From positions 1 through 40,224 of the forward strand of contig JALDZS010000207.1 of the NCBI GenBank assembly GCA_022813965.1: DNA of 40,224 bases, given 5' to 3'. This DNA comes from Toensbergia leucococca (taxonomy: Eukaryota). The translations under genes and the position numbers were made by a program. Below the pieces are notes generated by a model. It was given only the letters and a program-made list of their open reading frames with translations. It was not told where the DNA came from and ran no database searches. The first letter of the stretch is position 1, and each line of letters begins with the position of its first letter. Positions 1 through 10,577 of the stretch are shown here, piece after piece.

Positions 1-579
1 ACTTGTGTGATTGGCAGCATTAGATGTGTATCAAATTTGGAGAGCATGATTCATGGTCTTTGTCATCCTTGATCTTGAAGTTTGAAGGGCGGGTTTGCGC
101 ATCGTTGCTCTACTCCTTTGTGACTCATGTAAGTCTCTCCGAACCAGCTATCTGCTTCTCTGTAGATTGGAAGCGGGTCTGAACGAAGAGGAGTGTGAAA
201 AGAAGGCCTTTCCAGTACCGGCAATGAATGGTATTCTTGCAGATGAAAAGTTGTTTGTGATGGAAAACCATGAATTTTACCAGTGTCGTTTTGAGAGATT
301 GTTTTATCTTCAGGCAGCAGTGCTATAGCTCCCGATGTACTGTCGGGCTTGGATTTTGATGGTCAAAAAGCGTGATACTGAATGCACGTGACTTGGGGCT
401 TTTTATTTTGAAGGGAGGGGCCAGATGAATGAAGCGATTTTTGAGTTTTTGATTTCGAGTGAGTTATTTAGGCACCGGGATGATCCTTTGATTAGGTAGC
501 TTCTCAGCTTTATTTCAAGTCTTGAATGCTAGGTAGGTATTTAACATTGAAATGTGCGTCACACTCACACGCACCAAAA

Positions 580-1260
580 AACCTCACACCCTACATATCC
601 AAGCAAGAGAGAGAGAGAGATCAGAAAGAAAAAGTATGAATTTTTGAACCGCTTTTTTTGTGAGGGGAGGTGCCGGGGGGGGCGTTTTGGGGTTTTCATG
701 ATAAATAGATGAAAACAAATATATATACATCACAGACAAAGCAAACAACTCAACAACACAAAGTAATGGGGGAACACCCAAAAAAGAAAGGGGGAGGGGC
801 GTTGAAATCATCACCTCATCCACCTTTCCCCCCCCCCTCCGTCCCAAAGAAATAGAAAAAGAAAAACTCCATCAAACCTCCCGTAACCCCTTGATCCATA
901 TCCCCCAAAAGGCAGAAAAGGACACGCTCCCATATCAATGATGTCCCCGCTAAGTAAAGATTGGAATTTCTCCCAAAAAAAGAAACAAAAACAAGGGGGT
1001 TTCAAAAGATCATGATGTAAATGGTTACTACATACAGTGCTTCTTTCCCAACCCCGTCCCTCAATCAAGAGAAAAAAAAACAAATATTTGTCACCTTTCA
1101 TATTTTTCGTTTTCACTTAGAAGAGGAGTTTGGAGACAATGGAGGAAAAGGTGGGGGAAAATGGGGGCGCAGGGGGCACATTAGGATGAATTAGCGATGG
1201 AGAACAAGTGTGGCCTCAAGATCCGTAAACCCATAAAAGAAGACGGGGAAAAATAGACGT
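580..1260. repeat. Low-complexity, homopolymer-rich island (A/T/C/G runs, GA dinucleotides)
   Basis: Many runs of 6-10 identical bases, (GA)n near 606-620, and no credible spliced ORF. Boundaries approximate. Confidence 0.7.
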
Positions 1261-1496
1261 GAGAGTTAGGAATACAATTCGTGCAAAGAAGGAATTCAAT
1301 TGCTTATCACTGCTACCATTTTAGTACTACAATTTCATAGTCTTCATCAAACCCGTTCTGAGCCCAAAAGACAAAAAGACACAAGATCTGACCACCGAAA
1401 AATCTGCCACCATATCACCCTATCCTTCTATCAATCCAGTACCATGAATTTCAAATCCGTGCCCTCTGTCTCTCTCTGTCTCTTTCAAGTGGCCTA

Positions 1497-3696
1497 TTAC
1501 TTAAGAGCATATCCTTCAAGAGGGGGAAGCTCGCCGTGTTGAGCGGGATAGTCACTGTCGTAGACGGAATAGCCATCTGGCTGGGGAGGAGGAGCACCGC
1601 CACCTTGAAATTGCTGTTTCGATTGTTGATATCCTTGCTTAGCAATGGAGTGTCTGCTTTGATACGAAGAAAGGCCGCTGTTGTGGGGAGGATAGTCGTC
1701 CCTAGGAATATCGTAATTGTCTGGGTCAGGCTGATCTACGTAGCCTTGCTGTTGCTGGCTGTAAAAAAGTTGCTGTGACTGGCCGTCGTAGTTGTTCTGT
1801 TTCTGGTTGTAGCTACCTTGTTGGGGTTGGCCTCCATGGCCTCCATAGCCTTGCTGCTGCTGGCCATAACTACCTTGTTGTGGCTGGCCTCCGTAGCCTT
1901 GCTGTTGCTGGCCGTAGCCGCCCTGTTGCTGCTGGTCATAGCCGCCTTGTTGCTGCTGGTCTTGGGGATTATCCACTGTTGTGGCAGCGGCGTCCATTTC
2001 GGCTTGGGTCGGCATGTTGACAACCATCATGTACAGCACATCCTAAGCCAATGCATCATTAGCCCCACGCTCTTCGAACAAGTACAGAGCTAGACCCTGG
2101 GCAAACTACCTGCTGCATAGTTCGCCTAACCATACCCCGAATACCCCGTTGTTGACCGTCTCCCTTTTGGCTACCCCCTTGACGCCCCCCTGTGTTATCA
2201 TCTGATGATGGCTGGCCCCCGTGCCGTGCTTGTCGTCGTGATCTTCTCCCACCACCTCCTCTTCTCGCTTTAGGATTGACATGACCGCCAGTGGCAAGAG
2301 CGATAATTGACCCGCTATTAGCAGGGTGGTTTGGGTCACCATAACGGGAGGCAAATTGCGGCTCTGGACCGACATTCAGGGCGGAATCAGGATTTTGACT
2401 AATCTATCGTTGCATACAGAGAATCAGTGATAATTTCCGAGCTAGAAAGGGGCAGAGGAACATACGTATTTAGCCTGAGCACGCCTGTCGTTATAATCAG
2501 AAATGAAGTTACCACTCTTCTTAATGGCATTGGCCTTTTGTCCTTCAGGCATCGCATCAATCGCTGGGAAGATAAGCTCCGCAGACTCTGGTAATTCCAT
2601 TTCACCTCGTGTCTTGCCCGAGGAAGTATGAAGTTTGTCAATTTGTCCTTGGAAGCCACTCCTAGCCGGTGTGGTTGCTTTCAAGATATTTTGAGTAATA
2701 TCCATAGGCTCGCCTGATGATTGTTGGTCAGGTTTGAACGTCATTATCATACAATATAGGCCGTGGGGTTTGAAGAGCTTATCGTTCATCTCATCCAGAA
2801 ATTTATTAGTTCTATCGAGTACAATAGCAAGTCAGACATCTAGCGGCCGGTTTTTCACAAGGGGTATGCAAACTCACGCTCGTCGTACTTGTACCCTTCT
2901 GGTTGCTTCGGCGGCAATATGGCAAGCAACTGCAATGCCTCTAGCTGCAGCAAAAGGTGCAAAACTTGCACCGAAGATAGCGGCGTTTATCACATAGAAA
3001 ACCGGCGAGGACTATGGAACGATGTCTGTTAGCTTCTGCAATGCTCCAAACCATGAGCAAGGGACCATGTTTTGCTATTTCTACGAGAGCTCAGATTCTT
3101 GCTCACCTTGATTGCTTTGTCAAAGGACGTAAGAAATTCCATCCAAGTTGCTTGGTCAATGCCACAATCGTTGAGCACAGGTGCATAGGCTCGTACGAAT
3201 CCACGGCTCTTGTTTTGAGGTCTACGCTGTGGAAGTACCACAGGGCAAGGTAGTCGGCCGGTTGCTTTCGAATATGAAGGTGCCGGGTGGTGTGCGGCAA
3301 AGGACTGCACGAGCTCGTTAACGCCAGCGGGATGTCTGCCATCGTCCGAGGGATCGTATTCGGCTGCGGCATCATCCAGTGCCCAGTCTTCTTCGTTGTT
3401 TTCTGGATAATCGTCTTCTTCGTCGAAATACTCATGGTCACCTGTGTGACCACCTTGATAGTTGCCTTGATAGCTGACTTGGTTGCTGGCTTGGTAGCTG
3501 CCTTGGCGATCGTCTTGCGCAGATGGGGCTTCAACAATCAGCTCAGAATATAGAATCTGGGAGGAAGAAAAAGCTCACTATATGGAGGAGGATCGGACGG
3601 TCCACTACCGGGGGAGGGAGAGGGTGATTTGCGTGCTGCTGCAGCTTCTCTGGCCAAGCCAATGCCGGAGCCTAGGAGTCCGACAAGACGCGACAT
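1497..3696 (-). CDS. Conserved fungal hypothetical protein (multi-exon) with C-terminal Q/G/Y-rich low-complexity tail
   Basis: ATG at 3696 gives MSRLVGLLGSGIGLAREAAA. GT-AG introns join EEDWALDDAA, LPCPVVLPQRRPQNKSRGFVRAYAPVL, TNKFLDEMNDKLFKPHGLYCMIM, YNDRRAQAKY, FASRYGDPNHPANSGSIIALATGG and DVLYMMVVNMPTQAEM. I recall these blocks from a widespread ascomycete family of unknown function. Stop at 1497. Confidence 0.8.
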
Positions 3697-4042
3697 GGTG
3701 AGCTATGTAGACACAAGAGTGTATGTCTTATGTCAAAGTGGTAGTAGTACTCTGAAATAAGAGTGTATTCATCACCAACAGGCCGAGGTGGAACGTGTAA
3801 GCTCAGGTGGGGAAGTGGGGCATGAATGGCTTATGTACATGAAATCCCGCCAAGAAGTCACTGTTGCACAGCCCGTAAAATTACTTCATTCTTCCAACCT
3901 TTGCTGGTCCTCCTAGGTCATCCTGAACTTCAAGTGAGGTTGCACACAAATGCTTGGCTAGTCAAGTAAGTACCTTACGTTTGTTTGACTATTTACGCTT
4001 ATCGCGATAACTTAGTTGACTTGGCGGTTCTCCAACCCCGAG

Positions 4043-5640
4043 ACGTCATACATGATGTGAGCAGCCTTCCTAGTCCTCGCGGCGAATACTGCTAACAAAT
4101 CGATTCTCAGGGAGATAGAAGACACAGCCTCAGCTTCAAATCCTATAAAATACTGGAGTACGGATCAGGGGAATTGGTCATCCATGAGGACTGTAGTCAC
4201 AAGTTTCAGAGGCCCTGCATGAAATACTTACCTTAGCCCTCTAGAGATTACCTGCACCCGCCTTGTGAGGTAGGGGCCTGTCCAATGAGAAAATTGTATT
4301 GGAAATCACTGTACAGATACTCCGTAACGAATCTTTAGTTAGTAGTTGTCGAGACCGTCGAATACATAGGTAGGTACCTAGGTACGTACCTAGGCCCAGA
4401 TGCTCGTATGCATTTGTCACATATCCTTTAAAAGCTCCTACGCTAGATGCTAGACAATATGCAAGTGCGTTTCAAATCTGCCTCTAACTTCGACGGGGCA
4501 AAGGCAACGGGTGGGCGCTTAGCAACCCCTTGGTTACTTGCCAAACTCCCACGGCAAGGTACTTCATTGTATTATGTGAGCTACGCTCGAATGTCAAATA
4601 ACATGCCTTGAGAGTTTGTGACTGACTGTTAGGGACTGATTCATCGATGCAGTTTATGCAGAAAAATTAGCTCTAAGGGCTAAGGAACAGTACGAGTACA
4701 ATGAGGGGCGATTGGCTTAGCCCTAGGTTGAGTCACGTGACGACTCAAAGGTCAAACCGTGACCCTGACGAGCTTCAAGGGTTGAAAGAATTGCTGTTGC
4801 ATGGAGGGATTGTTTGACAGGAGCGCTGATATTCTAATCAGTCGGCAAGACAGAACACCCATCTTAATGAAAAGCTTCACGAACCTTTGATTTAGACATT
4901 AAAATAATAGCAGCTGCTCTTCATGATAGCCCGACTTAGCAGAGAAGAATATCTTTCATATTTCCTGATCACTCCAGAATATCAGCTTCATAACCAAAGA
5001 ATTGAAGCCGTCGGAATTTCAGGCTTTCATTAAAGTAATAGAGGCTGGTAACAAGCTTTGAAATTCCTTCCTAAGCTCACTTAGCCATTCGCCATGAATC
5101 TCCTTAGCTGGTTAGACTGATTAAGCTCTTTGTGCTGATATATTGTGCAGCCTACCTAGCTTGAGGTGGAAAAATAGTGAGTTTGTTGACATGCTGAAGA
5201 AAAAAGAGCTCTGCATAACCCTAACGCGGATACCAACATCTCCGCCTGAACGGGGCAAATAGGAGTGACAACCAGGCATGCTGATTACTGAGTCCCACCT
5301 GATCATTCGGAGCTATGAAGGAAGAGGATTGTAGATTGTGACGTCCAGTAAATTAGGACTCGGGGGGCAGTTGAGCAGCAAGGAGATCGACGTGAAAACT
5401 AAACGTAGCAATTTAGCCACACAATGACGTATTTGAGCCTTCATGCGTCACCCGCGCTGCAAGTCGGGCCGTCTCGAAGGGATTTCACATTGGATGCTGC
5501 AGCCTAGAGGCATTCTGCGCTTGTGGGTGTTGTGATTGCGGTGAATGACATCGTTGGTGTCGTGCTAGGGAATTCGCGCTTCACTGTGAGACTGTCTTGG
5601 TGGGGTTGAAAAACACGAATACTTAAACCTGCCCCTCCAT
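4043..5640. promoter_or_regulatory. Divergent promoter region with CRE/ATF-like, AP-1, E-box and STRE-like motifs
   Basis: ACGTCA 4043-4048, TGAGTCACGTGAC 4729-4741, TGACGT 5339-5344 and 5425-5430, TGCGTCA 5444-5450, and AGGGG/CCCCT near 4167, 4272, 4703 and 5632. Lies upstream of HSP12, a classic Hog1/Msn2/Atf1-type stress gene. Confidence 0.45.
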
Positions 5641-5754
5641 CTTCCACTCACATACATACCACCAACACGAATCACCATCTTTTCACAATCACCATACAAC
5701 CCTCATTTCAATTCGAACCTTACTCGATATCTCAATCTTAATCCATATATCAAC

Positions 5755-6297
5755 ATGTCTGACCAAGGGTAAGAACTTTCATAATGCTGCAAATCTTCTG
5801 GCTGGTGAATGGTCAACACAGCAGTTTACTCTAGCTGACTGTGCCATTTTTACAGACGTAAGGGTGTCACCGAACAGGTCTCAGAGAAGGCGACTCCAAA
5901 CTCTCAAAAGTCCTATCTTGACCAGGCTACGGAGCAAGCTTCCACTTTGGGCGACAAGGCTGTTGGTGCTGTCCAGCCAGGTCAGTTCACTCATCCTTTT
6001 AGATCTTGTATAGATCGCTCATGCCCTTCCTAACTCTAATGTCTTACTTCGTAGGTGATTCCAAATCTACCAGCCAAAAGCTCTCCGACACCACTCGCTC
6101 TGGTGCCGACGACGCCCAGAGCGGCGGCAAATCCTACCTTGAGTCCGCCCAGGGATTGGTCTCTAACGCAGCCAGCACTATCTCAGACACTTTGTCTGGC
6201 AAGTTCTCCACATCTGATGTAATCCTCGCAGAAGACTAATCTCATTTCTCTTACCACAGGCACGGCTGATAAGATCTCTGACAGCACCAAGAAATAG
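5755..6297 (+). CDS. HSP12: Heat shock protein 9/12 family (HSP12-like), 4 exons
   Basis: Spliced product MSDQGRKGVTEQVSEKATPNSQKSYLDQATEQASTLGDKAVGAVQPGDSKSTSQKLSD...GGKSYLESAQ...KISDSTKK* matches the HSP9/HSP12 pattern (MSDxGRK...PxSQKS...QP...KSxxQ). The third intron is GC-AG. Confidence 0.9.
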
Positions 6298-6736
6298 AGA
6301 AGTCATGAAGACAGCATCACGGTTGGGTTCTTCACTTCTCTCTGTTGTTACACGATCGGCTCCTTTAATACGAGGGTCTCGTTTATGAAGGAGATTATGA
6401 GATTCTAATGAATAGGGCTTGATGGGATAAACACATGATTGCATGCTTCTCTTGCTGCCTCTCTCAGATAGCAGATCTAGAATAACTGCCATTTGGCAAG
6501 TCTACTTGAAACAGAACGAGCAGTCCAAACTTGAAAATGATATGACCTCTTGGATCCGTAAACATCCCCCAAACGATTCAACCTCTTGATTGCTACGAAC
6601 ATCTACATTACCGTTAGCCAGGACTCGTAGTTTTGTCTAATATTGCAGCAATAAATCGTACCCTCTCGTAGAAAGTGCAAGTTTCGAACGAGAAAATCGA
6701 GCCTTGTAGTTCATCCGTTTCTCCAATGCCCCAACC

Positions 6737-7654
6737 CTACAGCCCCTGCTCCTCATCCCCCACTTCCTCCACCTCCATCCCCATTCCCACCTCCCTCCTA
6801 AATGCTTCCTCCTCCTCGTCCAGAGTCCTTGGATCCCCGCCCCCCTTCACCCTCTCCCCCCCAACCCCAGGCACATATCCCTCCCTCTCGAGCTTCCCTA
6901 CTTCCTCCTCCTCCAACAGCCTTCCTCCCTCCCCCCGCCCCTCCAAAACCTTCCTCCTAACCACATCTGGCACAAACGCCCTCACAGCCTCAGCTCTCAA
7001 ATCCCTCACCTTTGCTTCAGCAGCATAGACCGTCTGCGCCGGAATCGGCACCTGCGCCTCCGCCGGAACCACCCTCTCACCGCCTCCACGCCCAGATCCC
7101 AACGGCATGAGATTCGCATTTCCCGTATCCCTGTGCTGCGGCCTCTGCGGCCTTGGGACCGGCGGCGGCGTATCCCTGGGCCACGGTACCCTCCTCACGC
7201 TCTCGTCCGTCTCACTCCCACTCCCCCTCCACTCCTCCTCTTTCCGCCGTCCCTTCTTTCCCAACAACACGCCCCTCCCACCACCATCCCCACCTCCCTT
7301 CGTAAATCTCGGCGCCCGCTTCCCCAGCACCTCCCTCGCCTTCCGCACGCGTCCCAGTTCCCTCTCCGCATCCTCGAGTTGTTTCTTGTCGCGCGCAGTA
7401 GGGGCGGGGAGGGATCTGAGGTCGGCGATCTGGGATTCGAGGCGGGCTGGATTGCGGGAGGCGAGGCGGGTGTTGCGTTGGGTTTGGAGGGCTGTTTTGC
7501 CTGGTTTTTTTGGTGGAGTGGTCAGCTGATTTTGTGGATTTTATGGGGGGGAAGAGAGGAGGGAAGGTTGGGGACCTTTTTTGAGGGCTTTTTGCTTTTC
7601 GAGTTTGCGTTGGGCGGTGGCGGGGTTGAGGGCGCGGTCTTTGTCTTTGGCCAT
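6737..7654 (-). CDS. WBP11: WW domain-binding protein 11 / NpwBP-like mRNA biogenesis factor, 2 exons
   Basis: N-terminus MAKDKDRALNPATAQRKLEKQKALKKGK...QRNTRLASRNPARLESQIADL is Wbp11-like. C-terminal YAAEAKVRDLRAEAVRAFVPDVVRRK is NpwBP-like. One intron at about 7575-7502 with a GCTGAC branch site. Confidence 0.8.
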
Positions 7655-8210
7655 TTATTTGGGCAGACGGGACTTTGGGCGCGGAGGTAATGTGTGGGAA
7701 AATGGGGATAGGAGGTTTTTATTTGCGCTGGGACGTTTTCAATGGAGAGAGGATGGTTTCGAGGGTTGTGGGCACATATGTTTTGTAGAGACGCCGAATC
7801 TTGGATCAGGAACCTTGGAATTTATGGTGAGGATTTACATGTGTGAGGTCTATTCTGGCACCAGGGAAAACGCGTTTTGTGAATCGGTATTACCTTCCCG
7901 GCGGTTGATATTGCCGAGTTCAAGTGTCATTCACGGATCACTTGCATCACAAGTCAAGAAAACAACTATGGCAATCCTCCTCTCAAAGCGTGTTTGTCTA
8001 AAGTAGAGTACATGGTGTATGAACTACCACCGTCACTCCTGACTTCCCGAGCGGAGATAAGAATTTCCTTCCATAAGAGAAGAAAAGCGCAAAGCATGAG
8101 ACACCCAACTTGGAAAAGCACATTCTATCTCATGGCCAAGAAGGAGAAAACAGTCAAGGTGAGGAGCTCGCAAGGGCACGGGCACTTCTGCAAGGCCAGA
8201 TGTGCACCAG

Positions 8211-10183
8211 CTAATTGGCCATGTAGGTGCTAGAATCGACGCCGCCCTCTGGAAATTCACTGCTCGCCATCTGTCAGCCTTTTTAGGAAGAAAGAGAGAG
8301 ATTACACTTACGGCAAAGCGACCTCGAATCTCTTCTCGATGTTCTTGAGCACCTCCTGATCGTTGTCACTGCTCACAAAAGAGATACTGAGGCCTTTGGT
8401 TCCGAATCTGCCAGCACGACCAACTCTATGCAAATAAGAGTCGGCATCGCCAGGTAAGTCGTAATTGATGGCAAGGTTAATGCGCTCAATGTCAATGCCG
8501 CGACCGAACACGTCAGTAGCAACGCAGATACGCTTGTTGAATTCCTTGAATTCTTTATACCGTTTGATACTGTGGCCCAATCAGCTCTGCAAGGTTCTCA
8601 ATCTATGCCTGTAGGAAACGAACCGTTCATCTTGGCTCACGCCAGAGTGGACTGCAATACTTGGGAAATTGCATTCTCGAAGCAACTTGTCTAATTCTGT
8701 AGCTCTAAGGGTGCTCTTGACGAAGATGATTACTTGGTTGAACTCCAAAGTATCAAGCAGGTCATTCAGCTTTCGATTCTTTTCGCCCTCGCTGAGCTTG
8801 ACATAGTATTGTTGAAGACCATGGAGAGTAAGCTTGGTCTCATCGTCGACGTAAATCTCGAGTGGATTCTGCATGAATTTCTTGCAAAGTGGTCGAATCT
8901 CCTGTGAAAGAGTAGCACTAAACATCATGACCTGTTTTTGAGTCGGTGTGGCGCGGAAAATGTCTTGAACGTCGCGGCGCATATCTGCAACGAAGGTTCA
9001 GCCGTCGCACGAATGATGAACACTATCTTCGACCTACCAATTTGATCCAGCATCTTGTCGCATTCGTCAAGCACGAAAACCTTGATGTTACCCAACCGAA
9101 GCTTCTTTTCTCTCACCAACGCATTTAGTCTACCCGGAGTTGCGACGATAATATGTGGGTGGGTGTCCTTGTTCGACAAGATCTCGAGGTCTTTTTGCAT
9201 AGGAGTTCCACCGTAGAAGACTTGGGTCTTCACTTCTGGGAGGTACTTGCTGAATCTGGCGTACTCATTCTTGATCTGATAAGCCAACTCACGCGTGTGG
9301 CACATGACAAGGACTGCGCATTCGCCAGGTACTGGCTCGACTTGCTGTAAAGTCGTGAGAACGAAGACTGCAGTCTTTCCGAGACCGGACTTCGCTTGGC
9401 AAAGGACATCGGTTCCTAGGATCGCTTGGGGTATGCAAACTTGCTGGACTGTAAAACAAGACGACGCCGATGTTAGACTTGATTCGCCAAGAAGTATGTG
9501 AAAACGATGCCCAGTCCATGGTGATGTCCGTCCATCTCGCAATCATACAATACTGGACATGAGATTATAAAATCCTGCCAAAGCCAAGCAAATAGGTCGT
9601 ACAGCGCAATGAGAAAGATTCTGGTGGTCTTGAATGACACACTAATCACACATTGCAGGCGGCCTTGGAAGTCTCTTGATAATGCGCTGTTCGCGGACCC
9701 CAATAATTGTAATCATACGAAACGATGAAGACATATGAGATCCACGTGAAGCACCAGTAATCCAAATCTGCTACCTGCAGGCGAAATACAGTGTAGCTTT
9801 CCCCGGAGAGACTTCCATGGGCCGCCCGCAGGTTCGATAAAATAGCGAAACCATATAATTCTTGCGAAGATGGACGGACGGGTAGACTTGGAGGCACTGG
9901 AGAGAGCTGGGGAGAAAAGTTATGACTGACCCTCCGATGGATGCTCGAACCCGCAGTCGGTGATGGCGCGGAGAAGCTCTGGCTTCAACAAGAAATCACG
10001 AAATCCGGTGGAGTGAATACCAACGTAACTTCCTTTCTTATCCGCGTTACCTCCAGAAACGGTCAGATCGCCCTTTTTAGCGACATTGCCATTGGTAGCT
10101 GCGGCTGATGTAGTCGTTGCAGCAGCATCATTTGTCTGTAGTTCCTCGTCCGAATAATCGATAAGATCCTCCTCGTGAGACAT
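8211..10183 (-). CDS. SUB2: DEAD-box (DECD) RNA helicase SUB2/UAP56, 5 exons
   Basis: [64 protein letters not shown]. Final exon [15 protein letters not shown] ends at 8211. Confidence 0.97.
9449..9930 (-). other. Long (482 nt) structured first intron of SUB2
   Basis: GTCAGT donor at 9930, CTAAC branch and TACAG acceptor at 9449, restoring HPSE/VQQ. Contains inverted repeats 9526-9542/9862-9879 and 9654-9676/9807-9830. Confidence 0.85.
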
Positions 10184-10577
10184 TCTGCCAAGTTACTGCT
10201 TCGGAATCAGAGAGTGCTGAGGAAGTATGTGAAGGAAGTCTTCGTGTAAAAAAGGTCGAGGAAGCCTTGGGTATCACAGAATCATGCGAGGTGGCACTGT
10301 CGACGTTTATAAGCGAAAGCGGAGAGAAGGCAAAGGAAGAGGAGATCGAGTTTGTAGAGAATCAATGGTGAATGTGGTCTAGGAGATGATGGTGATGAAG
10401 TTGAGCGGAGTGTTTCAAATTCCAAATGGGTCGTAAGTCTTCTGCTTGCGGCTGAAGGAATCAAGCTAATCCCCTTTGGGACGGTCGTGTACTTTTGGAG
10501 TTCTGGAATTCAACCCCGACAGCGTTTGCACATATAGTGCATTTTCTGCCTTCTTTCCAACATTCGCTCTGGCACCA

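Noticed and set aside
1..330. Possible 5' end of a minus-strand gene at the window edge
   Set aside because: All three minus frames hit stops, and no family motif or clear splice pattern was found.
1536..2093. Hydrophobic Leu/Ala-rich plus-strand ORFs resembling membrane proteins
   Set aside because: They are antisense shadows of the CAG/CAA-rich glutamine repeats.
5216..5225. TAACCCTAAC, identical to a telomerase RNA template or telobox
   Set aside because: Only about 530 bp separate it from the HSP12 ATG on the same strand, too little for a kb-scale Pezizomycotina telomerase RNA. A single copy is plausible by chance or as a promoter telobox.
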